From positions 139,316 to 203,315 of the forward strand of contig CAWAOQ010000010.1 of assembly GCA_963783785.1 (NCBI GenBank): a stretch of 64,000 bases of DNA, given 5' to 3'. The notes under the pieces were generated by a model. The model was not told where the DNA came from. It saw only the letters and a list, made by a program, of their open reading frames with translations, and did no database searches. Position 1 is the first letter of the stretch. Each line of letters opens with the position of its first letter. Source of the stretch: an uncultured beta proteobacterium (GTDB lineage Bacteria; Pseudomonadota; Gammaproteobacteria; Burkholderiales; Burkholderiaceae_C). This document shows, one piece after another, positions 1 to 9,730 of the stretch. The position numbers were made by a program, and so were the translations under genes.

Positions 1-193
1 CTGCCGCGTACTCGGCGGCGCCACCCAGTTGTCCGGCCTCGACCGTCATCGTTCGCACCGCGCGCACGGGCTCGGGTACCGCCTCCGGCTTGGAACATGC
101 GCCGAGCGAGAGCACCAACGCCGCTGCCGACGCGAAGCCGCCCAGGTGCTGAAACGCGGCAGCGCCTTGACGCGACGGCTGGTTGTTCTGCAT
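1..193 (-). CDS. lipoprotein, possibly an efflux-pump periplasmic adaptor (N-terminal fragment; gene runs off window start)
   Basis: ATG at 193-191 on the minus strand opens a frame that leaves the window: MQNNQPSRQGAAAFQHLGGFASAAALVLSLGACSKPEAVPEPVRAVRTMTVEAGQLGG. Lipobox LSLGAC is present. The start of the mature part resembles HlyD/MFP adaptors. It is absent from the ORF track because it is truncated. Confidence 0.4.
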   Translation of the reverse strand, partial: MQNNQPSRQGAAAFQHLGGFASAAALVLSLGACSKPEAVPEPVRAVRTMTVEAGQLGGAAEYAA

Positions 194-265
194 CAAAGGG
201 CCCTATTTCGTGGATCGGCGCGCGCACCGCTGGCCCGTCGCATCCAGATGCGGAGCCACTTAATG

Positions 266-279
266 ACTGACTGGTCAGT
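266..279. promoter_or_regulatory. candidate operator: palindrome ACTGAC-TG-GTCAGT
   Basis: Perfect 6-2-6 palindrome read directly in the divergent intergenic region between the minus-strand lipoprotein gene (start 193) and hpnC. Confidence 0.35.
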
Positions 280-282
280 AAT

Positions 283-311
283 ATATTGACGTTCTTGCCC
301 AACGTCAATAT
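283..311. promoter_or_regulatory. candidate operator/promoter: inverted repeat ATATTGACGTT-N7-AACGTCAATAT
   Basis: 11-bp perfect arms (283-293 and 301-311). The left arm contains a TTGACG -35-like hexamer (286-291), with an A/T-rich -10-like stretch about 17 nt downstream, oriented towards hpnC. Confidence 0.35.
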
Positions 312-376
312 TGCGGCGGATTGCAGGTGCGGTGATCCCAGCGGCATTGCTGGCGCACGCGTGGACAATCACGCCC

Positions 377-1243
377 GTGAGCATCGATCACTACGAGAAC
401 TTCCCTGTCGCGTCGTGGCTGTGCCCGCCGGCACTGCGCCCGGCCGTGACGGCGATCTACCACTTCGCCCGCACGGCCGACGACATCGCCGACGAGGGCG
501 ACGCCTCTCCCACGATACGCCGCGCCCTGCTGTCGGATTACGGTGACGCGTTGAGGCGAGCCGCCGGGGGAGACATCGAGGGTCGATGGCAAGCGGTGTT
601 CGCGCCGTTGGCCGCCGCGATCACCCGCCATCAACTGCCGCTCGAGCCATTGGCCGACCTGCTGAGCGCATTCGCGCAGGACACCGACAACCCGATCTAT
701 GCGGATCGCGCCGAGTTGCTCGACTACTGCGCCCGCTCAGCCAATCCGGTTGGCCGCGTGCTGCTGCACCTCTCCGGCGTCAACGAACGCATCGCACAGG
801 CGCAGTCGGACGCCATCTGCACCGCGCTTCAGTTGATCAACTTCTGGCAGGACCTCTCGCGCGATCTGCCGCGAGGGCGGGTCTACGTCACGGAAGCCGA
901 CGCCGCCGCCGCCGGGCTCGACGTCCGTCGATTGCGCGCCGGCGCCGACAGCGATGCCAGCCGTGCGCTGGTGCGTGCCCTGGTCGCTTGGGCGCGCCAG
1001 ACGATGCTCGATGGCGCTGCATTGGTGCATCGTCTGCCCGGCCGCATGGGCTGGGAACTGCGCCTGGTGGTGCAGGGAGGGTTGCGGGTGCTGGAAAAGA
1101 TCGAAACCGGCGGTTGCAACGCACTGTCGCAGCGGCCGACGATCGGCGCTGGCGATCTGCCGCTGCTGGCCTGGCGTGCATGGGCCATGAAGCGGCCGGC
1201 GGCTGCGACATCCATTCCCATCACGACCGATCAGGGTCTCTGA
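377..1243 (+). CDS. hpnC: squalene synthase HpnC (squalene/phytoene synthase family)
   Basis: ORF 311..1243. The conserved N-terminus VSIDHYENFPVASWLCP..AIYHFARTADDIADEG makes GTG 377 the likely start (TTG 311 is possible). The stop overlaps the hpnD start (TGATG). Confidence 0.85.
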   Translation: MSIDHYENFPVASWLCPPALRPAVTAIYHFARTADDIADEGDASPTIRRALLSDYGDALRRAAGGDIEGRWQAVFAPLAAAITRHQLPLEPLADLLSAFAQDTDNPIYADRAELLDYCARSANPVGRVLLHLSGVNERIAQAQSDAICTALQLINFWQDLSRDLPRGRVYVTEADAAAAGLDVRRLRAGADSDASRALVRALVAWARQTMLDGAALVHRLPGRMGWELRLVVQGGLRVLEKIETGGCNALSQRPTIGAGDLPLLAWRAWAMKRPAAATSIPITTDQGL

Positions 1244-2091
1244 TGACGCCCGAGCAGTACGTGCAAGACAAGGCCGCGCACAGCGGTTCGTCCTTCTACT
1301 ATGCCTTTCGGCTGCTGCCACCGGAGCGACGGGCTGCGATCACCGCTTTCTATGCGTTTTGCCGCGAGATCGACGATGTCGTCGACGAAGTGCATGACCC
1401 AGGGGTCGCGGCCACCAAACTTGCATGGTGGCGCAAAGAAGTGGCCGCCGCGTTTGCCGGGCAGGCGAGCCATCCTGTGATGCACGCGCTGATGCCGCAC
1501 TCGGCGGACTACGGCATCGTGCCCGACCACCTGCTGGCGGTGATCGATGGCTGCGAGATGGATCTGCAGCAAACCCGCTACCTCGATTTCAATGGCCTTG
1601 CCCGCTATTGCCATCTGGTGGCTGGCGTCGTTGGTGAGGTGGCGGCCAACATTTTCGGGCGCAGCGAAAGCGCAACGATTGCCTATGCGCATCGACTCGG
1701 ACTGGCCATGCAGCTCACCAACATCATCCGCGACGTCGGGGACGACGCGCGGCGCGGTCGCATCTACCTGCCGATCGGTGACTTGAAGCAGTTCGACGTG
1801 AAGGCCAACGAAATCCTCGAACGCCGAGCCCCTTGGGGTTACAGCGAGCGCTTCACCCGCCTGATGCGCTTCCAGGCTGAGCGCGCGCACCGCATCTACG
1901 AAGAGGCGCTGGCGCTCCTGCCTGCGACCGACCGCCGTGCCCAGCGCCCCGGCCTCGCGATGGCGCAGATCTATCGCACCCTGCTGCGCGAGATCGAGGC
2001 CGAGGACTTCCGCGTGCTGCACCAGCGCATTGCGCTGACACCACTCCGCAAGGTGTGGATCGCGATGCACACCCACTGGCGCGAACGTTGA
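1243..2091 (+). CDS. hpnD: presqualene diphosphate synthase HpnD
   Basis: Internal ATG of ORF 586..2091. Sequence MTPEQYVQDKAAHSGSSFYYAFRLLPPERRAAITAFYAFCREIDDVVDE ... NIIRDVGDDARRGRIYLP shows the two Asp-rich motifs of the phytoene/squalene synthase family. It is placed between hpnC and hpnE. Confidence 0.88.
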   Translation: MTPEQYVQDKAAHSGSSFYYAFRLLPPERRAAITAFYAFCREIDDVVDEVHDPGVAATKLAWWRKEVAAAFAGQASHPVMHALMPHSADYGIVPDHLLAVIDGCEMDLQQTRYLDFNGLARYCHLVAGVVGEVAANIFGRSESATIAYAHRLGLAMQLTNIIRDVGDDARRGRIYLPIGDLKQFDVKANEILERRAPWGYSERFTRLMRFQAERAHRIYEEALALLPATDRRAQRPGLAMAQIYRTLLREIEAEDFRVLHQRIALTPLRKVWIAMHTHWRER

Positions 2092-3414
2092 CATCCACTC
2101 GCTTCGCGCGCCGTGTGGCGGTGGTCGGAGGCGGCTGGGCTGGCATTGCCGCCGCGGTGCATGCCACCGCGGCCGGCCACCATGTGACGCTGATCGAGAT
2201 GGCGCGGCAGCTTGGGGGCCGTGCGCGCCGCGTCGATCACGATGGCATCGCGATCGACAACGGTCAGCACATTCTCATCGGCGCCTACAGCGAGACGCTG
2301 GCGCTGATGCGCCAAGTCGGTGCGCAGCCAGAATCGCTGTTGCTGCGCCAGCCGTTCGCAATGGTCGACCCCGACGGCAAGGGCCTGCAACTGCCGCCAG
2401 GTGCGGTGGTGCCAGCCTTCGTTCGTGGCGTGCTCGGCCTGCGCGCATGGTCGTTCGCCGAGCGATGCCAGTTGCTGATCACCGCCCTGCGTTGGCGACT
2501 CACCGGCTTCGCCGCCGATGCCAGCGTCAGCGTCGCCCAATTGACGATGGACTTGCCTGCCCGCGTCCGCGAGACGCTGATCGAGCCGCTTTGCCTTGCC
2601 GCGCTGAACACTCCGGCAGCAAAGGCCAGCGCTCGCGTGTTCCTGCGCGTGCTGCGCGATGCACTGTTCAGCGGCCCTGGCGCAGCCGACTTGCTGCTGC
2701 CGCGGGCGCCGTTGTCGGCCCTGCTGCCTGAGCCGGCGGCACACTGGCTGGTGGCGGCCGGTGCCGAATTGCGATGCGGCACGCGGGCCGGTGCTCTGTC
2801 CGCACGCGGTAGCGGTTGGTCGATCGACGGTGAACCCTTCGATGCCGTCGTACTTGCCTGCACCGCCGCCGAGGCAGCCCGGCTCACGCGTCCACTGGCA
2901 CCCGCTTGGGCGCACCTGGCCGCAGCGTTCGACTACGAACCGATCGTGACCGTGTACCTGCGCAGTCGCGGGAAGCCGCCTCGGACGGCCCATGACCGCG
3001 CTGGTTGCCAGCCCGCAGGCCCCGGCGCAGTTCGCCTTTGATCTCGGGGCAATCGATCCCGGTGGCCCACGCGAGGGCCTGTTCGCGTTCGTGGTCAGCG
3101 GCGCCCGCGAGTGGACCGATCGCGGTCTCGAAGCGACCGCGGCTGCGGTGCTGCGACAGGCCCAGTCGGCATTCGCGCCAGGCACATGGCGCACGCCGCC
3201 GACGACACTGCACGCGCTGGCCGAGCGGCGAGCTACCTTTCTGTGTGTGCCGGGCCTTCAGCGGCCCTCCGCAGCCATCGCTGCCGGCGTGGCCGCGGCC
3301 GGCGACTATGTCGACGGGCCGTACCCGGCCACCCTCGAAGGGGCCGTGCGATCGGGCATCGGAGCATTGGCGGTGCTCGACCTTGCAGGCTCGTGCACGC
3401 CTGCCCTTCGGTAG
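2088..3414 (+). pseudogene. hpnE: hydroxysqualene dehydroxylase HpnE (FAD-dependent), interrupted by a +1 frame change
   Basis: The N-terminal dinucleotide fold VAVVGGGWAGIAAA lies in ORF 2055..3041. The C-terminal part (FAFVVSGAREW...AAAGDYVDGPYPATLEGAVRSG) lies in ORF 2992..3414, one frame over. The junction is about 2960-2990. Confidence 0.8.
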
Positions 3415-3514
3415 GCGTGCAGCGATGGCTTCGCCAACCCGACCGCGGCGACCTTGCTGCATGAAGGTGGACCGGACAGTGCCGGCGCGAAAGTGTTGCT
3501 TCCGGAATCCGATA

Positions 3515-4336
3515 ATGGATTTCGCCATGCAAGAATTGCCCGCGCAGCCGACAATCAAGCGAATGGTCAAGAAAGATGTCACCACCCCAAGCATCCAGGT
3601 CCTGGAGCGAAGCTTTGCATTGCTCGACGTCCTGGCCTCGCAGCCGGAACCGTTGCCGCTGAAGGCGATCAGCGAGCGCACGGGACTGCACCCATCGACG
3701 GCGCACCGGATTCTCAACGACCTGGCTGCTGGCCGTTTCGTCGATCGCCCACACGCCGGCACCTATCGTCTCGGCATGCGGCTGCTCGAGTTGGGCAATC
3801 TCGTCAAGGCACGGCTGGACGTGCGCGACGCCGCGTTGGTGCCCCTGCGGGACCTGCACAAGCTCACGCAGCAGGCTGTCAACCTGTCCGTGCGCCAGGG
3901 GGACGAGATCGTGTACATCGAACGCGCCTACAGCGAACGTTCCGGCATGCAGGTCGTGCGCGCCGTCGGCGGACGCGCACCGCTGCACCTCACCTCGGTG
4001 GGAAAGCTGTTCCTGGCCAGCGAGGACCGCGAGCGCGTTCGCGCCTACGCGGCACGCACCGGACTGGCCGGCCAAACACGCAACAGCATCACCCAACTGC
4101 CGGCACTGGAGCGCGAACTCGACACCGTGCGCAGCCTCGGCTTTGCGCGAGACGATGAAGAACTTGAGATCGGCGTGCGCTGCGTGGCTGCGGGGATTTA
4201 CGACGACAGCGACCGCCTGGTCGCCGGACTGTCGATCTCTGCACCGGCCGACCGCCTGGAAGAGGCCTGGGCCGAGCGCGTCAAGGAAACCGCGCGGCAA
4301 ATTTCCGCCGCACTTGGTCAACGACAGAGCGCGTGA
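3515..4336 (+). CDS. IclR family transcriptional regulator
   Basis: C-terminal 273 aa of ORF 3005..4336. HTH segment: SIQVLERSFALLDVLASQPEPLPLKAISERTGLHPSTAHRILNDL. IclR effector domain: GDEIVYIER...PLHLTSVGKLFLA...GFARDDEELEIGVRCVAAGI. Confidence 0.88.
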   Translation: MDFAMQELPAQPTIKRMVKKDVTTPSIQVLERSFALLDVLASQPEPLPLKAISERTGLHPSTAHRILNDLAAGRFVDRPHAGTYRLGMRLLELGNLVKARLDVRDAALVPLRDLHKLTQQAVNLSVRQGDEIVYIERAYSERSGMQVVRAVGGRAPLHLTSVGKLFLASEDRERVRAYAARTGLAGQTRNSITQLPALERELDTVRSLGFARDDEELEIGVRCVAAGIYDDSDRLVAGLSISAPADRLEEAWAERVKETARQISAALGQRQSA

Positions 4337-4339
4337 CCG

Positions 4340-5305
4340 TCAGACCAGTGGCACAGCTCCGCCTGCCACCGGCGGCACCCGCGGCAACGCGGCCTCGCTC
4401 AGCCACTTGCGAATGCGCTCGGCGTCGCCGATGCGCGAATACTTGCCCGTTGAATCGAGCAATACCATGATCAGCTTGCGGCCTGACAACTGCGCCTGCA
4501 TCACGAGGCATCGGCCTGCTTCCGCGATATAGCCGGTCTTCTGCACGCCGATATCCCATTCCCCGCTGCGAATCAGCCCATTCGTATTGCGGAACTGCAG
4601 GCTGCGCGCTCCGATCGCCACGGCGTACTCCGGCGAGGTGGAGAGTTGTCTGATAAGGGGATGTTTGTCCACTTCCTTGACCAGCGCAGCGAGGTCGGTG
4701 GCGCTGGACTGGTTCTGGCTCGACAAGCCGGTGGGTTCGACGTAGCGGGTGTCCTTCATGCCAAGCGACTGAGCCTTGAGGTTCATCGCCGCGACGAACG
4801 CGTTCAGACCGCCCGGATAGTGGCGACCGAGCGCATTCGCGGCACGGTTCTCGCTGGCCATCAGCGCCAAATGCAACATCTGTTCGCGCGTCAAGCGCGT
4901 GCCAACCTGCAACCGTGAGTGGCTTCCCTTCTCGGTATCGATGTCTTCGGTGCTGATGGTCAGCATCTCGTCGAGCGGCTGCTGGGCTTCGGTAACCACC
5001 AATGCCGTCATCAACTTGGTGATCGAGGCGATCGGCAACACTGCCTGCGGATTCTTGCTGAAAAGGACTTCGTTGGTGTCTTGATCAAGCACCAGCGCAA
5101 CGCTTGACTTCAGGTCCAGCGGGTCATCGGTGCCGCGCAGGCCATAGGCCTGTCCAAATGAAGGACGGACCGGGTCGGCACGCAGCCGCTGTGTCTTCAC
5201 GTTCGCCGTCTTCTTCTTGGCAACCTGGCTCTTGGCCGCTCTGGGCTTGGCGAGCGCATCGTGCTGCACGACGACCAACGCAGCCAGCGCCAACAGCCAA
5301 GGCAT
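4340..5305 (-). CDS. pbpG: D-alanyl-D-alanine endopeptidase/carboxypeptidase (peptidase S11, PBP7-like)
   Basis: ORF 4340..5422. Signal peptide from M40 (MPWLLALAALVVVQHDALA). Motifs SITK (SxxK), SEN (SxN) and KTG are present. Confidence 0.85.
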   Translation of the reverse strand: MPWLLALAALVVVQHDALAKPRAAKSQVAKKKTANVKTQRLRADPVRPSFGQAYGLRGTDDPLDLKSSVALVLDQDTNEVLFSKNPQAVLPIASITKLMTALVVTEAQQPLDEMLTISTEDIDTEKGSHSRLQVGTRLTREQMLHLALMASENRAANALGRHYPGGLNAFVAAMNLKAQSLGMKDTRYVEPTGLSSQNQSSATDLAALVKEVDKHPLIRQLSTSPEYAVAIGARSLQFRNTNGLIRSGEWDIGVQKTGYIAEAGRCLVMQAQLSGRKLIMVLLDSTGKYSRIGDAERIRKWLSEAALPRVPPVAGGAVPLV

Positions 5306-5382
5306 CAATCGCTTACAGGATCTCTTTTCCTGGAACAACGGAAATCCCCAGTGACTTTGTCGCCCGAGTGTAGGTGACATGG

Positions 5383-5416
5383 AAAAACCACGCAATACAA
5401 AGACTTGCGTGGTTTT
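5383..5416 (-). terminator. intrinsic terminator downstream of leuA
   Basis: 12-bp stem AAAACCACGCAA/TTGCGTGGTTTT with a 9-nt loop, followed on the minus strand by TTTTT. It lies about 50 nt after the leuA stop. Confidence 0.7.
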
Positions 5417-5464
5417 CCTCAAGTCGATCCTGGGATTTCCCCCAGGTCGTGAAGGATTCCCGAC

Positions 5465-7010
5465 TCAGCCTTGCGCGGCCACGCGCTCGGCATTGCTGCG
5501 CAGCTTGTTCAACGCGGCGAGGTAGGCCTTCGCAGAAGCGACCACGATGTCCGGGTCCGCGCCCACGCCATTGACGATCCGTCCCCCTTGCTGCAGTCGC
5601 ACCGTGACCTCGCCCTGCGATTCTGTGCTGCCGCTGGTGATGGCATTGACAGAGTAGAGCAGCAACTCGGCGCCGCTCTTCACTTTCGACTCGATGGCTT
5701 TCAGGCTCGCATCGACCGGCCCGTTGCCGTCGCTCTCGGCGTGGAACTCACTGCTGCCGATCGCGAAGGCCACGCTGGCGTGCGGCCGTTCGCCCGTCTC
5801 CGACCGCTGCGCCAGCGCGAGCAGGCGGTAATGCTCCTGCTCGTGCGTGACGCTCTCGTCGCCGACCAATGCAATGATGTCTTCATCGAAGATCTCGCTC
5901 TTGCGATCGGCCAGTTCCTTGAACTTGGCGAACGCAGCATTGACATCGGCCTCGGACTCGAGCTGGATGCCCAGTTCCTGCAGCCGCTGCTTGAATGCAT
6001 TTCGGCCCGACAGCTTGCCGAGAACGATCTTGTTGGCCGCCCAACCAACGTCTTCAGCCCGCATGATTTCGTAGGTGTCACGGGCCTTCAGCACGCCGTC
6101 CTGGTGGATGCCCGAGGCGTGGGCGAAGGCATTCGCGCCAACCACCGCCTTGTTGGGCTGCACGACAAAGCCGGTGGTCTGGCTGACCATGCGCGAAGCC
6201 GGCACGATCTGGCTGGTGTCGATGCCCAGCTCCAGGCCGAAGTAGTCGCGTCTCGTGCGCACCGCCATCACCACTTCCTCGAGGGAGCAGTTGCCGGCGC
6301 GCTCGCCCAGAGCCATTGATCGTGCATTCGATCTGACGCGCGCCGCCGATCTTGACGCCCGCCAACGAGTTGGCGACCGCCAGGCCAAGATCGTTATGGC
6401 AATGCACCGACCAGATCGCCTTGTCCGAGTTGGGAATCCTCTCGCGCAGCGTGCGGATGAAGTCTCCGTACAACTCGGGAATCGCATAGCCCACGGTGTC
6501 GGGAATATTCAGCGTCGTGGCCCCTTCGTCGATCGCAGCCTCCAGCACGCGGCAGAGGAAATCGACATCGGAGCGGTAGCCGTCTTCTGGGCTGAACTCG
6601 ATGTCGTCACACAGATTGCGCGCAAAACGCACGGCCAGCTTCGCCTGCTCGAAGACCTGATCGGGCGTCATGCGCAGCTTCTTTTCCATGTGCAGCGCGC
6701 TGGTGGCGATGAACGTGTGGATCCGCGATCGAGCCGCACCGCGGAGCGCGTCGGCTGCACGCGAAATGTCGCGGTCATTGGCGCGCGCCAGCGAACAGAC
6801 CGTCGAATCCTTGATCGCCTCGGCGATCGCCTTCACCGCCTCGAAGTCGCCATTGCTCGATGCCGCGAAGCCTGCCTCGATGACATCCACACGCAGCCGT
6901 TCCAGTTGCCGCGCGATACGCAGCTTCTCGTCCCTCGTCATCGAGGCGCCAGGAGACTGCTCGCCGTCGCGCAAGGTGGTGTCGAAGATGATCAGCTTGT
7001 CGTTGGTCAT
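5465..7010 (-). pseudogene. leuA: 2-isopropylmalate synthase, interrupted by a single-base insertion
   Basis: N-terminus in ORF 6078..7010 ([21 protein letters not shown]...[17 protein letters not shown]...ECTING). The rest is in ORF 5465..6487 ([17 protein letters not shown]...). At about 6313 the coding strand reads GGC-T-CTGGGCGAG where GGC CTG GGC GAG (GLGE) is expected. Confidence 0.9.
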
Positions 7011-7027
7011 GGCTTGGCTTTCATGAA

Positions 7028-7070
7028 GAGAAAAGCAAACGGCCCGCTGGCTGGGAAGCTTGCGGGCCGT
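7028..7070 (-). terminator. attenuator-type terminator immediately upstream of leuA
   Basis: 9-bp GC stem ACGGCCCGC/GCGGGCCGT (7039-7047 / 7062-7070), followed on the minus strand by TTTGCTTTTCTCTTC. It ends about 18 nt before the leuA ATG, so it can only act on read-through from upstream. Confidence 0.5.
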
Positions 7071-7100
7071 CGATGGGCAGGAATACAGGCATGCAATCGA

Positions 7101-7157
7101 TCAGCGCGCGGGCAGCACTCCTAGAAGCAGTAGCAGCGTGACGGGATGGATCGACAT
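7101..7157 (-). CDS. candidate leucine leader peptide (18 aa: MSIHPVTLLLLLGVLPAR)
   Basis: Minus-strand ATG TCG ATC CAT CCC GTC ACG CTG CTA CTG CTT CTA GGA GTG CTG CCC GCG CGC TGA. It has five consecutive Leu codons, three of them A/T-ending (CTA, CTT, CTA), which looks unusual for this GC-rich coding sequence. It sits between the pssA stop and the terminator before leuA. No clear Shine-Dalgarno sequence. Confidence 0.5.
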   Translation of the reverse strand: MSIHPVTLLLLLGVLPAR

Positions 7158-7181
7158 GGGCCGAAATGTAGCACGGGGCAC

Positions 7182-8019
7182 TCAGCGGTGCAGGCCGGCC
7201 TCCTCGGGTTCGTCGGTAGACGTTGCGATCACGCTGACTGGCCTGCCCTTGGCCTTCTTGTAGGCGTAGACCACGTAGCCCGACACGCCGTAGAGGCAGA
7301 ACAGGGCAAACAGGACGATCGGCGGATGGATGTTGATCACCGCAATGGCCAGCGCGATCGCGACGATGACGACGAACGGAACCGTGCGCGGCCCGCCCAC
7401 GACCTTGAAGCTGTAGAACGGCGCGTTGGTCACCATCGACAAGCCCGCATACATGGTCATCGCAAAGGCCGTCCACGCAAGCCAATCGATACGCGACACG
7501 CCTCTTGAAGCCGGCGTCGTCCATGACCCAGATCAGACCCATCACCAACGCTGCGGCGGCCGGACTCGGCAGGCCCTGGAAAAAGCGCTTGTCGACCACA
7601 CCAATGTTGACGTTGAAGCGGGCCAGGCGCAAAGCCGCCGCGGCGCAATAGACAAAGGCCGCCATCCAGCCGAATCGGCCGAGCCCCTGGAGCGCCCAGA
7701 CGTAGACGATCAGTGCCGGCGCCAGGCCGAAACTGACCATGTCGCACAGGCTGTCCATCTGCTCGCCAAACGCGCTTTGCGAGTTCGTCATGCGCGCGAC
7801 GCGCCCATCCAGACTGTCCAGCACCGCGGCGCAGAAGATCCCGATCGCCGCCGCCTCGAAGCGACCGTTCATCGCCATCACAATGGCATAGAAACTGGCG
7901 AACAGTGCCGCCAGCGAGATCGCATTGGGCAGGATGTACAAGCCCTTGCGCCTCGGCCGCGGCGGCTCTTCTGCCACCGCCACCGAGGCGTCAGGGTTGT
8001 CGCGCGGGTCAGCTGTCAT
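7182..8019 (-). pseudogene. pssA: CDP-diacylglycerol--serine O-phosphatidyltransferase, interrupted by a single-base insertion
   Basis: ORF 7021..8019 carries the CDP-alcohol phosphatidyltransferase motif DSLDGRVAR...G...D...D. The C-terminus continues in ORF 7182..7499 (SRIDWLAWTAFAMTMYAGLSMV...). The junction is about 7500 (AAG AGG-C-GTG TCG). Confidence 0.85.
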
Positions 8020-8037
8020 TGACGCGAGGATAGCGCG

Positions 8038-9075
<1,038 letters not shown>

Positions 9076-9567
9076 TCAAACTCTGAGGATGCGCTCGCCA
9101 CGCCCGATGCCGCTGGCACCGGTGCGTACCGTTTCCAGAATCGCACCGCGGTCGATGGCGACCAAGAATGCGTCAAGCTTGGCGCCGTCGCCCGTCAGCT
9201 CGATGGTGTAGCTCTTGTCCGTGACGTCGATGATGCGCCCGCGAAAGATGTCGGCCATGCGTGTCATCTCTTCGCGCTCCTTGCCCACGGCGCGCACCTT
9301 CACCAGCATCAGCTCACGCTCGGTGAAGCTGCCTTCTGTCAGGTCGACCACCTTCACCACCTCGATCAACCGATTCAAGTGCTTGGTGATCTGCTCGATC
9401 ACCTCGTCACTGCCGGTCGTGACGATGGTCATGCGCGACAGCGAGGCATCCTCGGTCGGCGCCACGGTCAGACTCTCGATGTTGTAGCCGCGCGCGGAAA
9501 AGAGTGCCACCACGCGTGACAGGGCACCCGGCTCGTTCTCGAGCAGCAGCGCAATGATGTGTTTCAT
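9076..9567 (-). CDS. ilvH: acetolactate synthase small (regulatory) subunit
   Basis: 163-aa ORF: MKHIIALLLENEPGALSRVVALFSARGYNIESLTVAPTED... (ACT domain). Located between ilvI and ilvC. Confidence 0.95.
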   Translation of the reverse strand: MKHIIALLLENEPGALSRVVALFSARGYNIESLTVAPTEDASLSRMTIVTTGSDEVIEQITKHLNRLIEVVKVVDLTEGSFTERELMLVKVRAVGKEREEMTRMADIFRGRIIDVTDKSYTIELTGDGAKLDAFLVAIDRGAILETVRTGASGIGRGERILRV

Positions 9568-9730
9568 GTCGTTCGTCCTGGCGCGCTCTTCACTGGAGCC
9601 GACGGTGATCGGCGATGCTTGGCCACGCGGTTCGATGCGGTTGGAAATGAATGTCCGGGCTGGAAAGCGTCTGCAGCACGAACCGCCTGCGGCACGGTAA
9701 TGCCGCCAACAGCCCTTGCCTGGGTCCGCC

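Noticed and set aside
7007-7024. Five-codon ORF MKAKP overlapping the leuA start as a functional upstream ORF.
   Set aside because: It is too short, has no RBS and could arise by chance. It is mentioned under the attenuator finding only.
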